In this document: positions 15,985 through 23,890 of the stretch, piece by piece
Numbering within the stretch: the stretch's first letter is position 1
Layout of the letters: every line of letters begins with the position of its first letter
IMG/VR virus record: IMGVR_UViG_2711768193_000009
Strand: one strand, 5' to 3'
DNA: 23,890 nucleotides
Source: a virus
Lineage: Duplodnaviria; Heunggongvirae; Uroviricota; Caudoviricetes
The notes under the pieces: model-generated
Seen by the model: only the letters and a program-made list of their open reading frames with translations
Told to the model about the DNA's origin: nothing
Databases searched by the model: none
Position numbers and translations under genes: made by a program

Positions 15985-18900
15985 ATGGAACAGTTCAAGA
16001 AGAAGAGACTGCCTCTCCTGATTGCAGGTGCAGGCGGAAAGAAAAGCAGTGGCTCCAGCCGCACGCCGGTTGAAGCTGACGATACCGTAAACTCGCGTGC
16101 TATGGCGTCCATCCTCGACCTGCTCGGGGAGGGTGTCATTGGCGGGCTGGTGGATGGCGCAAAGTCGATCTTCGTTGATGACCTGCCAATCCTGAACGAA
16201 GACGGATCTCCAAACTTTAGCGGTATCACCTGGGACTTCCGCGATGGTTCACAAGACCAGACGCCGATGTCCGGGTTCGATTTCGTTGAAACGCCGAAGT
16301 CAGTCAACATCCAGCTGAAAAGAATGCACGACGTTACGATTGCCATCGATAACGATGAGGCAGACCGTGTCCGCGTCATTCTGAAGTTCCCGTCTCTGCG
16401 TAGCATTGACAAAAAGACCGGTGATACCAACGGTACGACCGTGAAGTACAAATTCCAGATTGCCAATGGCGATAATGCCTTCAAGGACGCCATCGCAGAA
16501 GGGGAGAGCACTTCCGAAATTACGCTGACGGCTAAAAAAACTGGCGTTTACTATCGCAGCTACGAACTCAAGCTGCCTAAACCCGGTCGTGCCTACAAGA
16601 TTCGAGTCATTCGCCTGACTGAAGACAGTAATTCTCAGTACATCTTCAACGATACCTGGGTGGACTCTGTCGGTGAAATTGTAGATACCCCGATGAACTA
16701 TCCCAACTCCGTGCTGGTCGGCCTGAAGGTTAACTCTGAGCAGTTTGGTAGTTCTATGCCCTCTCGCTATTACCTTGTTCGCGGTCTGAAGATCAGAGTG
16801 CCGGCCAACTATGATGAAAACACCAACACCTACGTTGGCGTGTGGGATGGCACCTTTAAGCTACTTTCGTCTTCAAACCCTGCCTGGATTCTTTTCGACG
16901 TGCTTACCAACGCTCGTTATGGGCTGGGACAGTTCGTGTCTGAAGCTATGATCGACCTTGGGCAGTTCTATCAGATTGGTCGCTACTGCGACGAAGAAGT
17001 AGACGATGGCTTCGGAGGTAAAGAGAAGCGCTTCGCTATCAACACCCAGATCACCAGCCGTCAGGATGCGTACCGACTGATTCAGGATATCGCTGGCGCC
17101 TTCCGCGGTATGGTCTTCTGGGCTGGCGGCATGGTTAACGTCATGCAGGATAGTCCGTCAGATCCGGTCATGATGTTCACCAACGCGAACGTCAAAGACG
17201 GCATGTTCAGCTACAAGGGATCTGCGCGTAAAGACCGTCCGTCAGTTGCTCTTGTGACCTACAACAACAAGGAAGACGGCTACAAGCAGAACATCGAGTA
17301 CGTCGAAGACCAGGAGGCGATGCGTCGTTATGGCGAGCGCAAAACCGAAGTGGTTGCGTTCGGCTGTACCAGCCGTGGCCAGGCGCATCGTGTCGGTCTG
17401 TGGCTGCTGTATACCGCACGCATGGAGTCCGACGTTATCAGCTTTACGGCAGGGCTGGATGCTTCCTTCCTGATGCCGGGCGAAACGGTGCTGATTCAGA
17501 ACAAATACCGTGCTGGTAAACGCAACTCTGGCCGCATTGTGGCGTTCACAAAGAACAGCATCACTCTCGACGCACCGGTTACGCTGAATAAGGCTGGTAG
17601 CTACATCCGGATCTTGAATCAGGAAGGAGAAATCGTTGAGCGCGATATTCTTGAGACCGGGGAAGACATTACCAAAGTGACCTTCTCCAAAGCGCTCAAT
17701 TCCGGTGATATGCCGGTTATGAATGGCGTCTGGACGATTACCGAGCCAGATCTGGAACCAATGCGCGTGCGTGTTATCAACGTTGCCCAGGGCGAGGCTC
17801 AGGGGACGTTTGACGTTACCGTTGTCCAGAATAACGCATCGAAGTACGAAGCCATCGACAACGGCGCGACGCTGATCCCCGAGAACAACACCGTTCTCGA
17901 CCCGACTTATTCGAAGCCGACCAACCTGCAGGTGACGGAAGGGACGTATATCTCCAGTCCGGGTAACCTCTCAATCAAGCTCGTTGCCACCTGGGAAGGT
18001 AAGTCTGCGGAATATTGGATCAGCTGGCGTCGTTCCGATGAGAACAACGTCTCTAACTGGCAGTCCGCACGCGTTACCGAAGAGCAGTTCGAGATCCTCA
18101 ATATTGCCGAGAATGGTCAGTACGACATTCAGCTCTATGCGGTTTCGTTCAGCGGCAAGAAGACGGATATCATCAGCACCGTTTATCAGGTGAAAGGTAC
18201 GATGACGCCGCCAGGCTCTCCTACCTCTCTGACGGCCGTGGGTGACTACCGCAACGTGATTCTGAATTGGGTCAACCCGGACTCAATCGACCTCGATCAC
18301 ATCAACGTGTACGCCTCCCAGACCAACGATCTGGAAACGGCAAAGTTGATTGCAGAGGCTGCCAGCACCACGTTCACCCATGCCGGTCTTGGGGATAGCG
18401 AGACCTGGTACTATTGGGTTCGCGCGGTGAACAAGCGTGGCATGTTAAGCCCGCCGAACTCCAATCTGGGTACGGAAGCGATGACGCGAGACGTCCTCTC
18501 GTTCCTTACCGGGAAGATCACTTCTTCTGAGCTGGGGCAGGAGCTGCTGGAGGAAATCGACTCAAAAGCCTCTCAGGATGCGGTCGACGCCATCAACAAA
18601 CAGATGGAAGAAAGCCTGAAAGAGCTTGATCAGTCCGTTGCCGATCTGGACAGCAAACTGGAAGACACCAGCGGTCGGCTTGAACAGGCCCAGAACGACC
18701 TCAAAAATGAAGTCTCTGGCACGCTGGACAAGGTCAACGACGCGCTGCAACAGGTTGGGGACTCTAATGCGGCTCTGGTTGAGTTGCAGGAGACCGTTTC
18801 CGAGCAGGGCAAAGCCGTTGCAGGTGCTGTGGAAGCGGCACACGCTGCGCTCGACAATGCCTCCGCGCTGATTGCTGAAGAGCGTGAAGCCCGTGTCGAA

Positions 18901-20673
18901 GGCGATAAGGCAAATGCCAAACAGATTGAGGCAATGAAATCCTCAGTCGATGACAGCGTTGCCGCCGTCGAAGAGATGAAAAAGACCGTTGCCGAAGTCG
19001 AACGCGCCAGCGCGGAAGTATCGACCAATATCGAGGCTCTGGCCAAAACCAATATTGACCTCGCTCTGCGTCAGGATGAAGACCAGCACAAGCAAATGGT
19101 CAATAACGCGAAGATCGCCACCACTCAGAAGACGTTTGCCGACGATATGTCTGCAATGGCCTCAAAAGTGGAAGAGATCCGCGCAGAAATTGGTGAGGAC
19201 ATCCGGGCATCGATTCTGGAAGAGACAACGGCTCGCGTAGAGGCTGATAAGGCGATCGCAACACAAATCACCAAGTTGGAAGCCCAGATCAATGATGATA
19301 TTTCTGCGGCCATTGTTTCTGAGCAGGAGGCCAGAGCCACTGCGGATGAATCCCTGTCCAGGCAGATTAAGTCACTGCAGGCGAAGGTAGAAGGTGACAT
19401 TAGTGCGGCTCTTACCGAAGAGCAGATCGCCCGAGCTTCGGGGGATGAGGCATTATCCAAACAGATTACCAGCCTCAAGGCCCAGACGGGTGAGGATATT
19501 AAGGCGGCAGTTGCCAGTGAAACGAAAGCGCGTACTGACGCAGATAGCGCACTGGCAACTCAGATCAGCACGTTAAAGGCTCAGACTGCGCAGGACATCA
19601 AAGCAGCGGTTGCTACTGAGACTAAAGCTCGTACCGATGCCGATTCGGCGCTGGCCGGGCAGATCACAAGCCTGAAAGCCCAGACTGGCAAGGATATTAA
19701 TGCAGCAGTTACGTCCGAGGCGAACGCCAGGGCAAATGCTGATGGGGCGTTGGGATCACGTATCGATACGCTAAAAGCCTCTGTTGACGGTAACTCTGCA
19801 ACGATTAAACAACAGGCGACAGCTATTGCGGACACCAATAAAAAAGTCTCTACAGCCTGGACGCTTAAGATGGAGACATCGACAAGCGGTGGGCAGAAGT
19901 ATGTTGCCGGCATTGCGTTGGGGATCGACAGCACTGGTCTGTCTCAATTCCTTGTTCAAGCCGACCGTTTTGGATTGGTGAACTCAGTGAATGGAAAGGT
20001 TACAACGCCTTTCGTCATTGAAAACGGTGTGGCATATATGAGCGGAGCTTGGATACAAAATGGCACTATCGATAATGCAAAAATAGGGCAGTTTATTCAG
20101 TCTAACGACTTTCAAAGCGGTGTCAGAGGATGGAATATAAACAAAAATGGCTCTTCTGAATTTCAGAACATCAAAGCCAGAGGGGAGATTATTGCAACAA
20201 CGGGAAGGATGAGTAATGTCGTAATTGATGAGACATGTACTGTTAAAAAGCTATTCGCTGAAAACATCTATGGAGACATTATTACAGCATCATCCAATTT
20301 GACCGATAAGGTTTGGGGAAATACAACTGGCACTAGCTCGGGTACGCGTTACCCAATTGCAACCATACATGGTGCACCTTTCGAAAGAGTTTTTTTATTT
20401 TTAGGGACAACTGCTGCGCATACCCTTTGGCGACAGAACGTCACAATTAGATGTGATGAGTCGATCGTTTTCCAATATGACACAGGAAACGATGGTTCAA
20501 GTGGCGATTCTACAAAAAAATGGAATAACTTGTTATTAAGGATACCGGCTTCGTCGTATGGCGCGACCCAAAATCTGACAGTTCAGTTTCCAAACAGGGG
20601 CGATAGAGGATATCTCCAGTTCACCGGAATTCTAATGCTATATAAAATATCTGGTTCGGTGACAATTCATTGA
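15985..20673 (+). CDS. Central tail fibre / host specificity protein J (lambda gpJ-like)
   Basis: ~1562 aa. GAGG start, SNPAWIL.D.LTN.RYGLG, YCDE.V.DG.GG.E.RF, FN3 domains (YYWVRAVN), coiled-coil repeats, YVAGI.LG...SQFL..ADRF, GWNINKNG..EF. ATG 15985 chosen over TTG 15979. Confidence 0.93.
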   Translation: MEQFKKKRLPLLIAGAGGKKSSGSSRTPVEADDTVNSRAMASILDLLGEGVIGGLVDGAKSIFVDDLPILNEDGSPNFSGITWDFRDGSQDQTPMSGFDFVETPKSVNIQLKRMHDVTIAIDNDEADRVRVILKFPSLRSIDKKTGDTNGTTVKYKFQIANGDNAFKDAIAEGESTSEITLTAKKTGVYYRSYELKLPKPGRAYKIRVIRLTEDSNSQYIFNDTWVDSVGEIVDTPMNYPNSVLVGLKVNSEQFGSSMPSRYYLVRGLKIRVPANYDENTNTYVGVWDGTFKLLSSSNPAWILFDVLTNARYGLGQFVSEAMIDLGQFYQIGRYCDEEVDDGFGGKEKRFAINTQITSRQDAYRLIQDIAGAFRGMVFWAGGMVNVMQDSPSDPVMMFTNANVKDGMFSYKGSARKDRPSVALVTYNNKEDGYKQNIEYVEDQEAMRRYGERKTEVVAFGCTSRGQAHRVGLWLLYTARMESDVISFTAGLDASFLMPGETVLIQNKYRAGKRNSGRIVAFTKNSITLDAPVTLNKAGSYIRILNQEGEIVERDILETGEDITKVTFSKALNSGDMPVMNGVWTITEPDLEPMRVRVINVAQGEAQGTFDVTVVQNNASKYEAIDNGATLIPENNTVLDPTYSKPTNLQVTEGTYISSPGNLSIKLVATWEGKSAEYWISWRRSDENNVSNWQSARVTEEQFEILNIAENGQYDIQLYAVSFSGKKTDIISTVYQVKGTMTPPGSPTSLTAVGDYRNVILNWVNPDSIDLDHINVYASQTNDLETAKLIAEAASTTFTHAGLGDSETWYYWVRAVNKRGMLSPPNSNLGTEAMTRDVLSFLTGKITSSELGQELLEEIDSKASQDAVDAINKQMEESLKELDQSVADLDSKLEDTSGRLEQAQNDLKNEVSGTLDKVNDALQQVGDSNAALVELQETVSEQGKAVAGAVEAAHAALDNASALIAEEREARVEGDKANAKQIEAMKSSVDDSVAAVEEMKKTVAEVERASAEVSTNIEALAKTNIDLALRQDEDQHKQMVNNAKIATTQKTFADDMSAMASKVEEIRAEIGEDIRASILEETTARVEADKAIATQITKLEAQINDDISAAIVSEQEARATADESLSRQIKSLQAKVEGDISAALTEEQIARASGDEALSKQITSLKAQTGEDIKAAVASETKARTDADSALATQISTLKAQTAQDIKAAVATETKARTDADSALAGQITSLKAQTGKDINAAVTSEANARANADGALGSRIDTLKASVDGNSATIKQQATAIADTNKKVSTAWTLKMETSTSGGQKYVAGIALGIDSTGLSQFLVQADRFGLVNSVNGKVTTPFVIENGVAYMSGAWIQNGTIDNAKIGQFIQSNDFQSGVRGWNINKNGSSEFQNIKARGEIIATTGRMSNVVIDETCTVKKLFAENIYGDIITASSNLTDKVWGNTTGTSSGTRYPIATIHGAPFERVFLFLGTTAAHTLWRQNVTIRCDESIVFQYDTGNDGSSGDSTKKWNNLLLRIPASSYGATQNLTVQFPNRGDRGYLQFTGILMLYKISGSVTIH
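19201..19794 (+). repeat. Six tandem 99-bp (33-aa) coiled-coil repeats in gpJ
   Basis: Units start at 19201, 19300, 19399, 19498, 19597 and 19696. Consensus I.AAV..E..AR..AD.ALA.QI..LKAQ...D. Confidence 0.9.
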
Positions 20674-20682
20674 TTACAATGG

Positions 20683-20700
20683 CAGGTATGTACTTACTTA
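20683..20700. promoter_or_regulatory. Palindromic operator-like site 6: CAGGTATG-TA-CTTACTTA
   Basis: Perfect right half, two mismatches in the left half. Intergenic, between gpJ and the side fibre gene. Confidence 0.6.
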
Positions 20701-20725
20701 TGTGGGCGGGAATGCCCGTACTTTC
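20701..20725 (+). other. Hairpin downstream of site 6
   Basis: TGTGGGC-GGGAAT-GCCCGTA: 7-bp stem with two G-U pairs, followed by CTTTC and then the AAGGAG RBS. Confidence 0.4.
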
Positions 20726-20736
20726 AAGGAGCGAAT

Positions 20737-23700
20737 ATGTGGTACAGGGAAGGTACTATCACATTTACAAAGGGAAGTGACACACTTGAGGGCACTGGTA
20801 CGTTTTGGAACGTCACAGCCAATGGTGTATTGCCGGGTATGATTGTCATCGGACCCGATAACAGGCTGTACGAAATTAAGCGCGTGCTAAATGACACCCG
20901 CTTGACACTCATGGAGCAGTACACTGGTGAGACCCAGAATGAGGTCCCATGCCGGATCATCACTACCTATGAAGGCGATCTGACCCAGTTCAGCGCCCGC
21001 TTTACAGCATTGATGACCCGAATGTCAGCCGACTCGAAGACAATGAGAAGCTGGTTAACTGCCATTGATGAAGTGACACTCGAACGCGAGGATGGTACTG
21101 AGGTAACGGTTAAATCGCTCACCCAAATCGTCGATGAGCATAACGCAAACCAGAAATGGTATACGGATAACGCCGACGTTATCAATGCCGCTGGCGACAA
21201 GGCCAGGGAAGCTGCTGCCAGTGCCGCGGCCGCTGCGGAAAGCGCCAATACAGCGTCTACCAAAGCCACCGAAGCAAGCCAGAGTGCTGCCGCAGCTGCT
21301 GCATCAGAAAACGCTGCCGGTGCAAGCGCTTCCGCTGCCAAAACGTCTGAAACCAATGCTGAGAGCTTCAAGGTAGAAGCTGCTGCGTCTGCCGCGACAG
21401 CGTCTACCAAAGCGACTGAAGCGGGAGAATCAGCCACGAGTGCCGCGGCATCCAAAGATGCGGCGAAAGCATCTGAAACTCAGGCTGTGACCAGCGCGTC
21501 CGAAGCCTCTGCTTCAGCGTCTGCTGCGTCTGACTCTGCTGCTGCTGCCAAAACCTCTGAAACCAATGCCTCTGCCTCAGAGCAGGCCGCCGCTGGCAGT
21601 GCAGCTGATGCGCTGGCCTCAAAAAATGCGGCTAAGGAATCAGAAACCCATGCTGCTTCGAGCGCCGGTGAGTCGGCGGCAAGTGCTGCGGCTGCCAAAA
21701 CGTCAGAAACCAACGCCGACGCATCACAGAAGGCTGCTGCTGCCAGCGAGTCAGCTGCCGCATCCAGCGCGAACGCCGCTTCAGAAAGCGCCACCGCTGC
21801 AGGTGAGTCTGCTGACGCCGCTTTAGCGAGTAAAAATGCTGCTGCGTCCAGCGAACAGAAGGCAAAAACTTCGGAGACCAATGCAAAGGCGTCCGAGACA
21901 GCTGCATCGGAGAGCGCAACGGCTGCCGAAGCTTCAAAAGCGGCTGCCCAGAACTCAGAAGCCCACGCAGTGGAAAGTGCCGCTGCCGCAGCTGGCAGTG
22001 CTGATGCTGCGAGCAAATCCGCTACCGCGGCTGCCGATTCGGCCACAACTGCAACAGAGAAGGCCAACGTTGCCAGTGAACAGGCGACAGCTTCTGAGGC
22101 ATCTGCCGCAGCCGCCAAAACCTCTGAAACCAACGCGAAGTCTGCTGAGACCGCCGCTGAAGGATCTGCAACAGCTGCTGCCAAATCCGCAGGTGAGGCT
22201 GCTGCTTCCGCAACGACTGCGACCGAAGCGATGGCAGTGGCTGAAGCTAAAGCCAAAGAAGCCTCTGACTCTGCTGCTCTGGCATCCACGAAAGCAACTG
22301 AGGCGACCGATGCGGCTGCCGGGGCGAAAACTTCTGAACTGAATGCCAAAGAATCAGAAACGAAGGCTTATGAGTACGCCCAGAACGCCCAGGCCAGTGT
22401 TGCCAGTGTGAAATGGAAAGGGACTTCGGCTGAAATGGACATGGCTACCGATGCGCCGAAGTGGGTGAAAGTGTCCACGGCACGTATGCCACAGTCGACC
22501 AGCACCGTATACATCGAAGTGATCGGCGGGGCAGGGTACGAAGCCGGGCAGCCAGGGCTTGCTGCAATGGCCGATATTGTGCTGCGAACTGCTGCAGGCG
22601 ATCCGAAATCGTTGAATGCGGTCGCTTATCGCACTATGGATTCGGCTGTGTTGACTGTAGCTACCGTTAACACGACTGACGATAATTACGACATTTACCT
22701 CAAAGCCGGTGCTGGCTCTCAGAAGCTGGTCGTCAACCTGCAATCTGCCGGTGCTGTGGTCGAAACTCTGGAAGTACTTGAGGTTGTGGATACGCTGCCT
22801 GAAGACGCTGTAGAAGGGACTGTCTACCATCGCGTCATTTCTGATCAGGATGGCTCCATTACCGGTTCGCTGGTGGGTAATGCCAGCACTGCGACCGTAC
22901 TTCAAACCGCTCGCCATATTGGTGGTGTTAGTTTTGATGGCTCTACCGATATCAATCTGCCTGGTGTAAATATTCAGGGTAATCAGAACACCACTGGTAA
23001 TGCCGCCACTGCAACCAAACTGCAAACGCCACGGACAATTAACAGTGTAACGTTCGATGGCTCTGCCAACATTACCATCCCGACACTGGTGTCTCGTGGG
23101 CGCATTAGCGCACTGGAGGGGAATGTTCAGGGCGCAATGCCAGGCATTCAGATGTACGAAGCCTATAACAATGGCTATCCGACAAGCTACGGCAACATCC
23201 TGCATATGAAAGGCGCACAAGCAAGTGGTGAGGGCGAGCTGCTTGTTGGCTGGAGTGGGTCAGATGGCGCTCATGCGCCGGTTTATATTCGTTCTCGCCG
23301 TGATACAGTGGGAGCGAACTGGTCTGGTTGGGCGCAGGTCTACACAACTGCTCATAAACCCACAGCGAAAGATGTTGGGGCCGCGCAAGCGTTTAGCGCG
23401 TCTTACAGCACAGGGGCTGGCAATTGGACTACCGCTGAATTTATCGCATGGCTGAAGGAGCGTGGTGCTTTCGAAGTGCCGTACTGGATGATGAAGGGTT
23501 CCTGGTCATATGCCGACAATAAAATTATCACTGATACAGGTGTCGGTAATATCTGTCTTGCTGGTGCGGTTATCGAGGTTTTAGGTACCGAAGGCGCAAT
23601 GACCATCCGAGTTACTACGCCTACAACGACTACCGGTGGTGGGATTGCCTGTGCTCAGTTCACCTATATTAATCACGGTAGCGCGTATGCCCCTGCCTGG

Positions 23701-23890
23701 CGCAGAGATTACAACACTGCTCTCAAACCTACTGCGGCTGATATTGGTGCAGTGAATAAGGGCGGCGATACAATGACCGGGGGGCTTAAGATTCGCACTG
23801 CTGATGCGTTGCGCATTTACGATGCGGCATACGGTATGATTTTTCGCCGTTCAGAAAATAATTTTTACCTAATTCCGACAGCAAAAGACC
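20737..23890 (+). CDS. Side (long) tail fibre protein, 3'-truncated by window, >1051 aa
   Basis: Translated by hand from ATG 20737 (AAGGAG RBS) with no stop to the window end. MWYREGTITFTKGS anchor, Ala/Ser-rich shaft, a lambda Stf/T4 gp37-like domain (KW.KV...MPQSTSTVYI...GGAGY) and a Mu S/P1 S-like domain (WTTAEFI.WL...GAF..PYW..KGSWSY...IITDTG.GNICLAGAVIEV). Absent from the ORF track because it has no stop. Confidence 0.92.
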   Translation, partial: MWYREGTITFTKGSDTLEGTGTFWNVTANGVLPGMIVIGPDNRLYEIKRVLNDTRLTLMEQYTGETQNEVPCRIITTYEGDLTQFSARFTALMTRMSADSKTMRSWLTAIDEVTLEREDGTEVTVKSLTQIVDEHNANQKWYTDNADVINAAGDKAREAAASAAAAAESANTASTKATEASQSAAAAAASENAAGASASAAKTSETNAESFKVEAAASAATASTKATEAGESATSAAASKDAAKASETQAVTSASEASASASAASDSAAAAKTSETNASASEQAAAGSAADALASKNAAKESETHAASSAGESAASAAAAKTSETNADASQKAAAASESAAASSANAASESATAAGESADAALASKNAAASSEQKAKTSETNAKASETAASESATAAEASKAAAQNSEAHAVESAAAAAGSADAASKSATAAADSATTATEKANVASEQATASEASAAAAKTSETNAKSAETAAEGSATAAAKSAGEAAASATTATEAMAVAEAKAKEASDSAALASTKATEATDAAAGAKTSELNAKESETKAYEYAQNAQASVASVKWKGTSAEMDMATDAPKWVKVSTARMPQSTSTVYIEVIGGAGYEAGQPGLAAMADIVLRTAAGDPKSLNAVAYRTMDSAVLTVATVNTTDDNYDIYLKAGAGSQKLVVNLQSAGAVVETLEVLEVVDTLPEDAVEGTVYHRVISDQDGSITGSLVGNASTATVLQTARHIGGVSFDGSTDINLPGVNIQGNQNTTGNAATATKLQTPRTINSVTFDGSANITIPTLVSRGRISALEGNVQGAMPGIQMYEAYNNGYPTSYGNILHMKGAQASGEGELLVGWSGSDGAHAPVYIRSRRDTVGANWSGWAQVYTTAHKPTAKDVGAAQAFSASYSTGAGNWTTAEFIAWLKERGAFEVPYWMMKGSWSYADNKIITDTGVGNICLAGAVIEVLGTEGAMTIRVTTPTTTTGGGIACAQFTYINHGSAYAPAWRRDYNTALKPTAADIGAVNKGGDTMTGGLKIRTADALRIYDAAYGMIFRRSENNFYLIPTAKD
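21208..22380 (+). repeat. Ala/Ser/Glu-rich low-complexity shaft with recurring AKTSETNA
   Basis: AKTSETNA at 21337, 21547, 21694, 21862 and 22114; variant AKTSELNA at 22324. Confidence 0.85.
22876..23079 (+). repeat. Two 40-aa-period fibre repeats GNA.TAT.LQT.R.I..V.FDGS..I
   Basis: Units begin at 22876 and 22996 (120-bp period). Confidence 0.8.

Noticed and set aside
19201-22380. CRISPR-like or non-coding repeat arrays
   Set aside because: All repeats are in-frame, degenerate at the DNA level and lack unique spacers; they are protein repeats.
23000-23890. Gin/Cin/Hin-type crossover site (AAACC..GGTTT core) in the Mu/P1-like fibre part
   Set aside because: No such core was found by eye, and no invertase gene lies in the window.

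Overview
The whole 23.9 kb window is one co-oriented (+ strand) virion morphogenesis module of a siphovirus-type temperate phage. Gene order and protein sequences match my recollection of SSU5/pHCM2-like Enterobacterales phage-plasmids. Order: terminase large subunit (3' end), portal, scaffold, major capsid, Ig-domain protein, small protein, four head-tail joining genes, Ig-tipped tail tube, frameshifted tail chaperones, 1527-aa tape measure, lambda-like M/L/K/I/J tip genes, and a >1051-aa side tail fibre. The fibre runs off the window end and is missing from the ORF track. All genes checked look intact. The most interesting non-coding signal is an 18-bp palindrome, TARGTAAG-YR-CTTACYTA, seen six times, always just upstream of a morphogenesis gene block. 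It often overlaps a -10-like hexamer and is often followed by a hairpin, so it is a candidate late-gene operator/promoter system. Other notable points: two adjacent post-capsid proteins share an ungapped paralogous ~45-aa N-terminal domain carrying different cargo; the tail chaperone appears to use a non-canonical -1 frameshift; the J and fibre genes are mosaic and repeat-expanded. All family assignments come from reading the sequence and from memory; no database search was run.
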